Source: a virus
Reading direction: 5' to 3' (one strand)
Virus record (IMG/VR): IMGVR_UViG_3300045988_080466
DNA length: 64,000 bases
In this document: positions 1-10,613 of the stretch, in pieces
Layout: each line of letters starts with the position of its first letter
Position numbering within the stretch: the stretch's first letter is position 1
Program-made: the position numbers and the translations under genes
Notes under the pieces: model-generated
What the model saw: only the letters and a program-made list of their open reading frames with translations
The model's database searches: none
What the model was told of the DNA's origin: nothing

Positions 1-2
1 GA

Positions 3-1862
3 TATTATACTGAACTAGCTGACCCAGATAATTATATACCGCAGATTTACCAACAATCTATAATTGATTGGGGTAATGACACACTGGCTAAGTTATCTAA
101 TGACCCAGAGATTGGAGCTGAACTTAAGGAAATTATGAAATCTGAAACTAAGTTCTATAACATTCTTAATAAGATAACTAATCAGAAAATCTTAGATGCA
201 ATTCTTGATTATGCTTATAATAGCAATAGTCCACTTAAAATATTTAAGAAAGAATTAGCTAAGAAGAAAACAAGAGCTGAAATGGAGCTTGAATGGGAAG
301 GAGCTTTAGACTCTGAAGAAGATTGGATGCAAGCTGAAGATTCTGAAGATTTTAGAATTTACAATACTGGAGACAATAAATCTGAACAACTTAGATATAT
401 ATTCTCAAGGTATATAGACGAGTTGAAGAGAAGAAGAGACGAACTTAATACTCTTACCGATGGAGACTTACATAACATGAAAGTTTTATTAGAACTTAAA
501 CAGAAGTCAGATGAGCTTACTAGACTTGGAAGACTTGGAAGTTTAAATCAAGGTATTAAGACTAAGTTAATGGATAAAATTAAATACATCAACCAAATTG
601 AGAGCTTTATTAATAGGAAGTTTACAACCTTTAATAAAACTAACGAACTCAATCCAGAAGATGAAGGATATTTAACTCCTAACTTTAACTTAATAGAGTT
701 TATTCAGAATCCAGAGTATAAACAGCAAATGATTGATGCTTATGAACAAGCTAAAGATACATTCAATATTCTAGACATTATCACATCTGTCCCTCACTTT
801 AACGAAATGTTAAATGCTATGGCAGTAGATGATAAACTTTTAGGATTCTATGCTTCTAAATATACTCTTACTAAGAATCTAGCAATGTCCGCATTACATG
901 CAAAAGCTATTACGCAACTTACTCCTAAGGATATGAGTGAAATAAACAGATTTGTAAGCGATGTAACCATAGTTAAATTCTTAAAGACAGAGCTTGCTAA
1001 TAAAATCTCGTTAGCTCCAGGAAGTAAGATGTACAATAGCTTAGGAGCTGTTGTTCCTGTTGCATCTTCTGGAAAGATTATTGATTTCGCTAATGTATTT
1101 GATAGAGCAACATTTAAGATGTGGTTTGAACAAGAATTTATTCCGAACATGAAAGCAATGAATCCTAAGAATAAATTCATTCAGGCATTAACAAGTACAT
1201 ACTTTAAAAATAATTTCCAAGATTATAATTTCTTATATAAACTTCCTATTGATTTAGGAAACCTTGAACAAGAATCAAATGAGATTGCTTATTCTAACTA
1301 CTTAAAAGCATTTGATGAAATTAAGTACACTAGACCTCTTCCAGATGTTAATATGACTACTGGAGACTTATTCTTCCTATACAACCTACTGGTTAGTAAA
1401 AATGCTTTCGGAGACAATACTCTTACTAAGATATTTGAAAACTCTCTAAGTATGAAAACGAAGAATGATGAAGTTGAGGTTAAGAATAGCCTACTTCTTA
1501 AATTTATGGACTTTGAAGCAAAACAGAATCCTAATCTTAATGAAGGAACTAACGGTCTTGTTGAAGGAGAAGATTATAAACTTGACGATTTATATGTAAG
1601 ACTGATTAAATATAATGAACCAAACGGAACTAGATTTACAAAAGAGTTTGATAATGATGCTGGAAAGATTGTAATCAAAGAAAGTAACTATGGAGAAAAA
1701 AGTACATTAGATTTGTTCACTGATAACAATACAATGTTACTTCCGTTCTTAACTAAAGGATTTACAAGACTTGCAACAGAAACTAAGAACGATTTAATAT
1801 CTAAGTTAGTAAACCTAATTTCAAACAATAAAGCTGAAATAAAATTAACTTGCGATGAGTAA
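3..1862 (+). CDS. large virion-type protein, C-terminal portion (5' end lies outside the window)
   Basis: ORF 135..1862 shares its frame with an open frame running without a stop back to base 3, so Met-135 is probably internal. Its stop overlaps the next start (ATGAGTAA). No catalytic motif recognised. Confidence 0.55.
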   Translation, partial: YYTELADPDNYIPQIYQQSIIDWGNDTLAKLSNDPEIGAELKEIMKSETKFYNILNKITNQKILDAILDYAYNSNSPLKIFKKELAKKKTRAEMELEWEGALDSEEDWMQAEDSEDFRIYNTGDNKSEQLRYIFSRYIDELKRRRDELNTLTDGDLHNMKVLLELKQKSDELTRLGRLGSLNQGIKTKLMDKIKYINQIESFINRKFTTFNKTNELNPEDEGYLTPNFNLIEFIQNPEYKQQMIDAYEQAKDTFNILDIITSVPHFNEMLNAMAVDDKLLGFYASKYTLTKNLAMSALHAKAITQLTPKDMSEINRFVSDVTIVKFLKTELANKISLAPGSKMYNSLGAVVPVASSGKIIDFANVFDRATFKMWFEQEFIPNMKAMNPKNKFIQALTSTYFKNNFQDYNFLYKLPIDLGNLEQESNEIAYSNYLKAFDEIKYTRPLPDVNMTTGDLFFLYNLLVSKNAFGDNTLTKIFENSLSMKTKNDEVEVKNSLLLKFMDFEAKQNPNLNEGTNGLVEGEDYKLDDLYVRLIKYNEPNGTRFTKEFDNDAGKIVIKESNYGEKSTLDLFTDNNTMLLPFLTKGFTRLATETKNDLISKLVNLISNNKAEIKLTCDE

Positions 1863-4800
1863 TTGTATTCAATTTACCATTGGAGATAAGATATATAAGT
1901 TTAGGGATGTAGACCTGCAAAGGTCTGCAACTCTAGACGATATTATCTCTGCAATTGCAGAAGACCCTAACTATGCTAGTCAATTAGAAGATTTAAACAT
2001 TGACTTAAGTAATAGGGGGATAGAATCTATATCTTCAACCAAAGAAATACCAAACGATATAACAGATAGAAATACATATATAGCTGAAAACTTAATGGGA
2101 AATCTTAATCACTATGCATTAAGTCAAATTTATAAAAGAGTTGGAGTTCCTAATTCAGAGTTCTTCACTGCCTTTAAAGACATAATGGATAGAGGTAAAG
2201 GAAATAGATTGAGTTTTCTAGTAACTAATTCCCCTACTCAAACGTTTCTTGGTAATTCGAGAGACTTAGTTGTAATTAATAAAAATGATTTATACAATCA
2301 GCCAAAACTATTGGGAGCATTAAGTTATGTCTATTCTCATTCCCAGTTACTTGACAATCAATCAGCCATATATAAAATAGTAGAAGATGCTTATTCTAAA
2401 ATATTAGAATCTCCTACTGGATTAAGAGAAGAATTATTAAAGATTCCTGATAAGTATGCTGCTTTACGTAGATTGTTGTACTACACACAATCTGATATGT
2501 ATGATACAAATCCTGATATTGCCAGTTTAAAAATGACAATTGGCAATCATTTATTTGCAGAGGTAACTCGTAACATAATGAGAAATAAGGATAGAGAGTT
2601 CTTTAATAATCTTAAACTTAATCCTGTACAATATAAGGCCTTAGAAAACTTAATCGTAAACGAAGAGCTTCCAAACACAATAAATTTCGGAGATTATTCA
2701 GTCTCTGTATCTGAACTTAATAAGTTTAGACTTGATTATATAGAAGCAGAAAGAAACCCTAAAGATGATACTCCAGAAATTGATGATGATAGTCTATTAC
2801 TAAGACTTGCATCTTTAAATCCTAATGGGGCTTTTGATGCTAATATGCTTCCTGCCAATAAAGAACAAAGGCTAATGCTTTTATCTAATCCAATTGCTGC
2901 ATTCGTGTTTGATACAGCTAATTTCAATAAGGTTAGTAAATATGTAAATAAATTTGAACAGGAGGTTGATTCAGCTATTGCTCCAGAAGAAAGGGCTGAA
3001 CTTATTCAAAATAGACTTCAGAATGTTTATACGTCCTTCGGAAAAGGAAGATTAGATGTTAACGGATATATCTTAGACCTTATTCAAGAAGCATCTACGA
3101 ACAAACTTGACTTTAAAAATGCAGAAGATATTAAAGGATTCAATACTATGTTCTATCCTAATACAAGAGTAAATATGGATGAATCACTAACATCTAAGCC
3201 TAGCAGACTCTTGAGATTCAATCACTCTCAATCACTTTCTAAGTTCTCTGAAAATGCTTATAAAGTAGTATTTAATCCAAAGGTTAAATATGTAAATGTG
3301 ATAGGAGGTTCTAACTCTCGTATTGAAATTAATCCAGATTTTAATCTGGAAGTTACAGACGATTTCCAAGAAAAAATCAATGCCCTTGAAGAAGCTGCCA
3401 CTAAGATTAATAATAGCCCAACTAAGAGAAGAACCCTATCAGTTAAATATGATTCTAAGTTTGATTACTCTTTAGAGGAAGGGAGTGCAAATATTAATAA
3501 AGCAATCAATTCATTTAGGAGTGTAATCAAGTACTTGCAAGAAGCAGTGGATAACAATAGAACTTTCTACTATTTAAATACTGATGGTATAGGACAGTTC
3601 TCTCAAGCAATGGTAGTTAATGCTGACCAATTAAGTATTACCCCTGTTGTATTTGACGAACTTAGTCAATGGGTTTACAGTAATGTAAAATCTCCAGATA
3701 AAGCAGAATGGATACGTACATTTACATCTTTAATGAACGCAGCTGAATATACTGACAGTGCTTTATTTAAGTTCTATGATTCCCAGTCATTTAAAGAGAG
3801 AGCATTTAGTTCTAAAAGAGTAGACTCTTCTGGCAAATTATGGGAAAACCTAAATGCAAGACTTACAAAACTAGAAGAAGAAAGAGGACCTCTAGCCCAG
3901 TTCGACATGCTTAAAGAAGGAGTAATATCTATGATTCCTATCTTACCGCAGGGATATAACTATGCTCTTACAAGAAAAGAAGAGGGGGACATCTTTAAGT
4001 TAAAAAATGAAAAGGATAGAGACCAATTTATTAATGTTGAAGTACAAAGAAAAATAGCTCTCACATATAGAAAGGCTGGAGGAAGAAATATATCATCTCC
4101 GAGCGAACTGATGGTGGGAGATGTTATAAGAATAAATCCAAACGACACATATCAAGCGGTTGTTCTTGAAAATAGACCAGAAGGTAAATTCTGTGCTTGG
4201 TTTACATCTAACCAAATTCACTCTGCTGTTCTTACTAATGAGGATTTAAAGAATGTGGTAAGAACCCAATATACAGCAGAGAATAGACAAATTGGGCCAG
4301 ATGTAAAAGCCTTCTATACTAATGTCGGAGTCTTTAGAATGGCTGATGATGCTGTTGACTTTAAATGGGTAAATAATGAATCATCTCTTCCAATTCTACA
4401 TCAAATATTCGCTGATGAAATAACTGATATATCAGAAGCTACTGGATTTACAGAGGACTTTATTAAAAGAAATTATTTAAATACTGTAAAGAGATTTCAA
4501 GTGGCAATGTTTATGGAACTTACTCCAACAACTGAAGAAATTACTTCTACTCCAAATGTAGAGACTCTATCTGATAATCTGTCTACTCCAGAGTTTGTAG
4601 AGGATTTAGTATCATCTTTGGCAAAAAGCGGAGTACAAGTTACTTCATATAGAAAAGAAGAATTAAAAGAAAAGTTCCCTCAACTCGATAATGTTAAGGC
4701 ATTTATCTATGATGGGGAAGTAATAGTAAATTCTGATTTAATGACCGATGATACTTTACTTCATGAGTTATCTCACTTATTCTTAGCTGATTTAAAAAGC

Positions 4801-5238
4801 AGAAATTATGATAAGTATGTTGATTTAGTAAGAGGAATGGAAGGTTCTGATGCTTACGATACTATTAATAATAGTAAAGCATACGATGAACTTACATATA
4901 ATGATAAACTTGAAGAAGCCTTAGTACATGAATTTTCTCAATATTTTACCAGAGTATTGAAGGATTATAGAGGACGTGATTTAAAACTGGATGAAATAGA
5001 GTGGGACGGAATAATTAGTGATGTCTTAAATATTGATGTAAGTGAGTTCTACGATGATAACATATATACTTTAATGAAGAAAACTCTATCTGAAATACAT
5101 AGTAATTATGCAGTTCAGAAAACCTTGTTTAACAAGTCTAATGCTCAGAAAATGGTAAAACTTAGTAACATTAAATCTTCTTTAATGAAGAATCTAAGCT
5201 CTACTGATGGATATGGATTAATTGAAATTTGCGAATAA
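1855..5238 (+). CDS. large (1127 aa) protein with C-terminal zincin-like HExxH metallopeptidase motif
   Basis: Uninterrupted 3.4-kb ORF. TLLHELSHLF (HExxH, nt 4762-4776) is followed about 50 aa later by EEALVHEF, a possible third-ligand Glu. 8-nt overlap with the upstream ORF. Confidence 0.65.
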   Translation: MSNCIQFTIGDKIYKFRDVDLQRSATLDDIISAIAEDPNYASQLEDLNIDLSNRGIESISSTKEIPNDITDRNTYIAENLMGNLNHYALSQIYKRVGVPNSEFFTAFKDIMDRGKGNRLSFLVTNSPTQTFLGNSRDLVVINKNDLYNQPKLLGALSYVYSHSQLLDNQSAIYKIVEDAYSKILESPTGLREELLKIPDKYAALRRLLYYTQSDMYDTNPDIASLKMTIGNHLFAEVTRNIMRNKDREFFNNLKLNPVQYKALENLIVNEELPNTINFGDYSVSVSELNKFRLDYIEAERNPKDDTPEIDDDSLLLRLASLNPNGAFDANMLPANKEQRLMLLSNPIAAFVFDTANFNKVSKYVNKFEQEVDSAIAPEERAELIQNRLQNVYTSFGKGRLDVNGYILDLIQEASTNKLDFKNAEDIKGFNTMFYPNTRVNMDESLTSKPSRLLRFNHSQSLSKFSENAYKVVFNPKVKYVNVIGGSNSRIEINPDFNLEVTDDFQEKINALEEAATKINNSPTKRRTLSVKYDSKFDYSLEEGSANINKAINSFRSVIKYLQEAVDNNRTFYYLNTDGIGQFSQAMVVNADQLSITPVVFDELSQWVYSNVKSPDKAEWIRTFTSLMNAAEYTDSALFKFYDSQSFKERAFSSKRVDSSGKLWENLNARLTKLEEERGPLAQFDMLKEGVISMIPILPQGYNYALTRKEEGDIFKLKNEKDRDQFINVEVQRKIALTYRKAGGRNISSPSELMVGDVIRINPNDTYQAVVLENRPEGKFCAWFTSNQIHSAVLTNEDLKNVVRTQYTAENRQIGPDVKAFYTNVGVFRMADDAVDFKWVNNESSLPILHQIFADEITDISEATGFTEDFIKRNYLNTVKRFQVAMFMELTPTTEEITSTPNVETLSDNLSTPEFVEDLVSSLAKSGVQVTSYRKEELKEKFPQLDNVKAFIYDGEVIVNSDLMTDDTLLHELSHLFLADLKSRNYDKYVDLVRGMEGSDAYDTINNSKAYDELTYNDKLEEALVHEFSQYFTRVLKDYRGRDLKLDEIEWDGIISDVLNIDVSEFYDDNIYTLMKKTLSEIHSNYAVQKTLFNKSNAQKMVKLSNIKSSLMKNLSSTDGYGLIEICE

Positions 5239-5239
5239 A

Positions 5240-8200
5240 ATGGCGTGTAAATATACTTTAAAAATAAATAGTACTGGAAAGGTTCTTACATTTAACTCCG
5301 AAAAAGAACTTGACAACTACCTACTATCTAACTACACTGAATTTGAAGGTATGGTCGACCATACCTTTAGATTTAGTAAAGACTACATAACTATGTTAGA
5401 TACAGAACAGGTAAAATCTCAAGATAAACTAGATAAAGATAGGAAACTTGCCTATGAAAAAGCTAAAGCAAGAAATGCTAAAAATGACGATACAATAGTA
5501 GTCAGAGGGCAAGGTGAAATGACTGATGTCATTGAAAATGAGGAAACATATTCTGACGGATTTATATCAGTTCTGAAATTTTTATCACGTCAAAGAGGCA
5601 CCAATGCGCCTCTTATTAACGCTTTCAGTAGGGAAGGGTACAAGAGGAACACCCGTATAGATAGGTCTCAAGGAAAGCCTGAGGATGTCTCTCCAGAAGA
5701 GTGGCTAAAACAAATAGATTCTTCAATTGACCAAGACTTTGAATATTGGGATTATTTACAAGAAATCGGACGAGGATTCCACTTAGTAATGGATACAGTT
5801 ATAAATTCCAACTTTGACATATCTGCTGATATGGTTGACTCTGTTATTAGCAAGAAGTTTGAGAGAGACTTTTTAGGGGGAAAGAATTTAAGTACTCTAA
5901 ATGGTGTATCGACTGGAGCATTAATGGACTTTATAAAAGGAATTACGGCTCTAAAGAAAAACATAATCCTTAACAGTGGAAGAGGAAGGAAATTCAAAAA
6001 ATTCTACACAGAATATGTAGTAGACCACGATGGTGGACCTGATGCAAAACTTAGAGGTAAGATTGACTTACTTGCAGTATTTGAGGATAACGAAGGCAAT
6101 CAAAGCGTTGAAATATATGACTTGAAACTTGCTACTAAACCACAAGATAGATGGGATGCTGATAAGAAAAATACTATTCAATATCAGCTTGGTTTCTACA
6201 AAAGAATGTTACAAGCCAAAGGAATTGCAGCAAGAAATATATCTACTAAAATTATCCCAGTTCTCATTGAAGGGGATAAAATACTCCACAAGATTGATAA
6301 AGTATCAGTCGGAGAACCAGAAGTTTATCTTCCTAATATTGGACAAAAAGCTAATATTGACGAAATAATTAAAATACCTATTGGTATAGAAAATTTATCT
6401 AATCCATTAGAAAATACAGTGTCAGAAAGAATGAGTAAGTTCTTCCCAATGAGTAAAATCAATCCTACTGATATTGTAGACTTTGATATGTTATTTGCTT
6501 CTCAAGTACATATTGATAAAAATACTGGAGAGTACTGGTTTAGAGATGTTACTAAATCAACTAATGAAAAGGGAGAAATAAGAAGAGCTACTAAAGAAGA
6601 AGCGGAAGCTGCATTTGAGGACTATCTAGTAAGAAAACTAGAGCATGATAACGATGTAACTCTCGCTATTACTAACAATCTTAAATATAATCTTGATAAG
6701 GTAAATGGCTTTGGAGGAAAGAACTTTAATCCTACAAGGACAGGTTTACAGATTGTTCCAGCTAATACATACGAACCTAAGCTTGGATTGTTTGAAGCAA
6801 ACTTATCCAAATACAAAAATGAGCCAGGATGGAACATAATTAGTAATGATGCTCTTACTAATATGAATGTTATTCTTCTTATTAATGAGACAAGAAAAGA
6901 AATGGATTTAATTTCTATTGCTTCTCATGACCTTAATAGTACTATTAATCTAGGTAAGGGTAATAATATTTTTGGAAGGTTTAAATCTGATAGAGAAGTG
7001 GAACTCGATAAACAAGTAATTAAAGCCACAGTCGGCAATGTGGAACTTATGAAACTGCTTTCTATTGCCAATGCTTTTCAAGAAACCGATTTGGGTTCTT
7101 ATACTATCGGGGAAATGAAGGTAGTTAATATTGGCAAGAGTGAATATCTTTCTTCCTATTTAAATCAAGAAAAAATAAATCATGCCTTCAATACTTTATC
7201 TGAATTATCTGGACAAAGTAAAGGAAACACATTGAAGTTTACTGATGAGTTTGATATAGCATGGAGAACCTTTAATAATATCATGAACTATGGAACCTAT
7301 GAAAATAGAGATAGACTTGATAAAATTGCTAAAACGTTATCAATAGATGGAGATATTACATCATTTGATAAACAAGCGAAGATGGACATCCTTACAAGAA
7401 TGTTCAAGGAACTTCAAGCTAGATATTTCTCTACTAATGCATCTGCTGATATTTCTAATCCTATTGCATATTTATTTTTACAAGTATCTAATGCTTTGGC
7501 TAAATATGGAAACACTACCATTGATATCTATAATGAAGAACTTTGGGCAAAGAACTTTGGTAATCTGGCAGAGCAGTGGAAAAGGGGAGAATTATTTAAT
7601 GGTACTTACTTAAATACTATTGATACAATCCCAATTGTAAAATCAGTTGCTCATAGATTGGCAGAAACCAACAGAAATATCACTAATTTATATGGTAATT
7701 ATAAGAACAAAGATAGGGCTATAACCAATAAGTTCTATCAGGAATCTGGACAAGGTTTCGTAGGGAAGACCATTATCAATGATTCAACAATTCGTTTTAA
7801 AAGATTACTTGACCAATCTGATTCTGGAAAGAGAAAGTTTATGGTTAAGAATCCGTATGATATGTCTACTGATTTAAATCCAGCAGAAAGAAACTATTTA
7901 AAATATTGGCTAGAGGATTTAAATAATAGAAGATATCCAGGACAGGATAGAGCAGAAGTTGGAGAAAGATACTTTGAAATACCTTTATTAAGAGGTTCCT
8001 CATTTTCTAAAATAACTAATGGTAAGAATCCTCTAGTTACTTATAAAGAAGATGGTTCTTTAGAAATGGTAAATCCAAGAATGACTACGACAGCTCAAGA
8101 AGAATATTTATCTACAGATGCTCTAAAGAATCTTGTAGAGATGTATAACGTATTCGATATTTCTAATTCAGTAGGAGGAAGAGAAAGACTTCTTTCCGAT

Positions 8201-9865
8201 ACTAATGGTAAACCTGAACAAACATACGAAACTAACCTTGAACACATTAAGGATATGTATGTGTTCTCCGATATTAGAAAGAAGGAAATGGATACAGTTC
8301 TTCCTGCTATTAATGCAGCAATTATTTCTCTTCAATTTACACAGAGACTTTCTAACAAGGATGCCCAAGCAACTATCGACTTCTTGAATGATTATATTAA
8401 GTCAGCAGTATTCGATGAATCTCTTATTGATAAAGAAAGTAGGGGAACGTTTAGAACTTTAGGAATGTTGAAGTCAGTATCTACTAAATTTATTCTTGGT
8501 TTTAACTACTTATCAGGAGCTAAAGAAACTATCACCGGATTCTTCAATCTTTATGAAAGAGCAGTAGCTAATAGCTTACTTGATAAAGATAAGATAGGAC
8601 TAAAGGATATGACTTCCGCTTATACTACTGTTTGGGTCGATTCTGTAAGACAGATAAGTACGATTACTATCCTAGAACATTTAAATTGGCAATATAGAAT
8701 GGCTAACGTGGATATGAACGCATTAGTCGATAGAATGAACTATGAAAAGACTGATGGATTCAGATTTAATGACAGAATGTTCTGGGCTAATAGAGCTCCC
8801 GACTTCTTATCAAGAATGACAATCCTCATTGGCTATATGAAGAAACATGGCTGCTATGATGCACATGAATATAAGAACGGAGAGGTAACTTACAATTGGA
8901 AAAAAGATAAGAGATTTAGTCTTCTTGCGAATCCAAATGCTGATACTAATTCATCTGAATGGCAATATCAAAGGTCTTTATATAATGCAATGATGGAAAC
9001 TTTCTTTGAAGAAAATTATAAACTTCCAAATGCTGACGGAACTTCGAGATTCTTATCAAGAGAAAAGGATTCAAGGGGAGTTTATAAAGAAGCTCTTCCT
9101 CAAGCATATACTACTCTTGAAGCTAATATGATAAAGCAAGAATCTGACAGCATATTCGGATATATGGACCACGATACTAAGTCTTTATATCTAAAGAAAG
9201 GAATGTTTATATTCCTTCACCAATTCCAGACTTTCTTGTCAGCAAAGAAAAATCAATACTTCCTAAAAAGAGGCACTTACGACCAAGGTCATTGGGTTCA
9301 GGTAACTGATGATGCAGGAAATAAGCTTTATTGGGATACTGTTCAAGACAACGAAGGTAACACCATTAGAGTTAAAACTACAGAAAATACTGGAGACCCA
9401 ATTGTGGATTGGCAAGGTAAAATTATGGAAGGAATTGCATGGTCACTAAGAGACTTATTTAACTTTACTAAGCCAGAGAGAATGAAAGATGCTTGGAGAG
9501 ACCCTGTAAAAAGAAGAAATCTCCTATTAGCTTTAGAAGATGGGGCTATTATAGGAATTATTTATCTAATGCTTGCTTTATTATTTGGAGATAAAGATGC
9601 AAAAGCTATGTCAAACACTGAACAAGCTATCGCAAGAATAGCAAGAAATGTAGGCGGAGAATTTAATATGTTTGCAATCTTTAATGGGGCTGTAGACTTT
9701 AAGATGCCTATGTATCAATTCTATAGTGGATTGTTCGAAGATGGAGTTAAAGTAGCATCCGGTGATATGCATGTATTAAGATTCTTTACTGATAATACTG
9801 GAGCATTCAGACCTCTTAAACCAACTGTTATAGATAACTTTAAAGCACCTAACGCTAACGAGTAA
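5240..9865 (+). CDS. giant (about 1540 aa) virion-type protein with RecB/Cas4-like PD-(D/E)XK motif set and C-terminal hydrophobic segment
   Basis: 4.6-kb ORF. The ORF track starts at TTG 5222, but ATG 5240 follows the upstream TAA directly. Motifs GKIDLL ... EIYDLK ... QYQLGFY (D / DxK / QxxxY). LLLALEDGAIIGIIYLMLALLFG lies near the C-terminus. Confidence 0.65.
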   Translation: MACKYTLKINSTGKVLTFNSEKELDNYLLSNYTEFEGMVDHTFRFSKDYITMLDTEQVKSQDKLDKDRKLAYEKAKARNAKNDDTIVVRGQGEMTDVIENEETYSDGFISVLKFLSRQRGTNAPLINAFSREGYKRNTRIDRSQGKPEDVSPEEWLKQIDSSIDQDFEYWDYLQEIGRGFHLVMDTVINSNFDISADMVDSVISKKFERDFLGGKNLSTLNGVSTGALMDFIKGITALKKNIILNSGRGRKFKKFYTEYVVDHDGGPDAKLRGKIDLLAVFEDNEGNQSVEIYDLKLATKPQDRWDADKKNTIQYQLGFYKRMLQAKGIAARNISTKIIPVLIEGDKILHKIDKVSVGEPEVYLPNIGQKANIDEIIKIPIGIENLSNPLENTVSERMSKFFPMSKINPTDIVDFDMLFASQVHIDKNTGEYWFRDVTKSTNEKGEIRRATKEEAEAAFEDYLVRKLEHDNDVTLAITNNLKYNLDKVNGFGGKNFNPTRTGLQIVPANTYEPKLGLFEANLSKYKNEPGWNIISNDALTNMNVILLINETRKEMDLISIASHDLNSTINLGKGNNIFGRFKSDREVELDKQVIKATVGNVELMKLLSIANAFQETDLGSYTIGEMKVVNIGKSEYLSSYLNQEKINHAFNTLSELSGQSKGNTLKFTDEFDIAWRTFNNIMNYGTYENRDRLDKIAKTLSIDGDITSFDKQAKMDILTRMFKELQARYFSTNASADISNPIAYLFLQVSNALAKYGNTTIDIYNEELWAKNFGNLAEQWKRGELFNGTYLNTIDTIPIVKSVAHRLAETNRNITNLYGNYKNKDRAITNKFYQESGQGFVGKTIINDSTIRFKRLLDQSDSGKRKFMVKNPYDMSTDLNPAERNYLKYWLEDLNNRRYPGQDRAEVGERYFEIPLLRGSSFSKITNGKNPLVTYKEDGSLEMVNPRMTTTAQEEYLSTDALKNLVEMYNVFDISNSVGGRERLLSDTNGKPEQTYETNLEHIKDMYVFSDIRKKEMDTVLPAINAAIISLQFTQRLSNKDAQATIDFLNDYIKSAVFDESLIDKESRGTFRTLGMLKSVSTKFILGFNYLSGAKETITGFFNLYERAVANSLLDKDKIGLKDMTSAYTTVWVDSVRQISTITILEHLNWQYRMANVDMNALVDRMNYEKTDGFRFNDRMFWANRAPDFLSRMTILIGYMKKHGCYDAHEYKNGEVTYNWKKDKRFSLLANPNADTNSSEWQYQRSLYNAMMETFFEENYKLPNADGTSRFLSREKDSRGVYKEALPQAYTTLEANMIKQESDSIFGYMDHDTKSLYLKKGMFIFLHQFQTFLSAKKNQYFLKRGTYDQGHWVQVTDDAGNKLYWDTVQDNEGNTIRVKTTENTGDPIVDWQGKIMEGIAWSLRDLFNFTKPERMKDAWRDPVKRRNLLLALEDGAIIGIIYLMLALLFGDKDAKAMSNTEQAIARIARNVGGEFNMFAIFNGAVDFKMPMYQFYSGLFEDGVKVASGDMHVLRFFTDNTGAFRPLKPTVIDNFKAPNANE

Positions 9866-9867
9866 AT

Positions 9868-9930
9868 GAAAAAAAATAAGGGCGCCAATCAAGTAGTTTT
9901 ACCTACCTGACTGACGCCCTTAAATTTTAT
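9868..9930. terminator. bidirectional hairpin terminator at the convergence of + and - transcription
   Basis: AAGGGCG (9878-9884) pairs with CGCCCTT (9915-9921), with an inner CAAGTAG/CTACCTG stem. An A-run lies upstream and TTAAATTTTAT downstream. It sits between convergent stop codons at 9865 and 9927. Confidence 0.6.
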
Positions 9931-10613
9931 CGTTCTAACATGTTCATAGTATCATCATAAGCTAATGTTATAGCTTTAATGTAATACTTCATATCCAAGT
10001 TGTTTTCAATTATTATGTCAACTCTTATATTATCAATAAGTTTCTCACTTATGTGATTTCCTGCCCCGCTGCCTTCTCGTTCTATTTTCCATAAAACTCC
10101 ACCAGCATTTCGTATAGCATCCGCTTCATTTGGAAATCTGACGTCAGGGACAATCCAAAAGCCTTTATCCCTTACCATAGAGGGCAAAAACATAGTACTG
10201 GATTTTTCATATCCTCGCATCAAGGCTTTTACCCATAGGTCCTTATCAATATTCCTTCCTACCTCTGTTCCGAAGTATTGAAGAAATTCTCTATTGGTCA
10301 TTGGCTCTCCCTCTTTATTAGACAGTGGAAGTGTAGTAAAAGACTCCTTGAAGGAATTATACTCAAAACTTTCTCTGCTTACTCCAAGTATTAATGACGC
10401 ACACTCCTTTAATTTATCAGCAAATGCATGCTTTTCCCATCTAGAACCTATAAAAATAGTCCCATTATTTAAGTTTTCTAAAACAAAATCTTCTTCTGAA
10501 ATTTTTAGTCGTTCTTCGTCTCCCAATAAGTATCTATAGTAGTCTACTAATTGTACTATTTTACACGCAGTATCCTTCCCTGATTGGGCTTTTCCTGTTA
10601 TTCCAATTATCAT
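9927..10613 (-). CDS. deoxynucleoside monophosphate kinase (T5-type P-loop kinase)
   Basis: N-terminal MIIGITGKAQSGKDT matches the GxxxSGKDT P-loop typical of phage dNMP kinases. Size about 230 aa. Confidence 0.55.
   Translation of the reverse strand: MIIGITGKAQSGKDTACKIVQLVDYYRYLLGDEERLKISEEDFVLENLNNGTIFIGSRWEKHAFADKLKECASLILGVSRESFEYNSFKESFTTLPLSNKEGEPMTNREFLQYFGTEVGRNIDKDLWVKALMRGYEKSSTMFLPSMVRDKGFWIVPDVRFPNEADAIRNAGGVLWKIEREGSGAGNHISEKLIDNIRVDIIIENNLDMKYYIKAITLAYDDTMNMLER

Noticed and set aside
848-9000. Several 60-110-aa minus-strand ORFs inside the three giant + strand genes (848-1180, 2736-2927, 3960-4148, 5752-5997, 6622-6837, 8168-8368), and + strand out-of-frame ORFs (6129-6368, 7347-7613, 8205-8387).
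   Set aside because: All are nested in long uninterrupted ORFs and have shadow-type composition. No independent signals support them.
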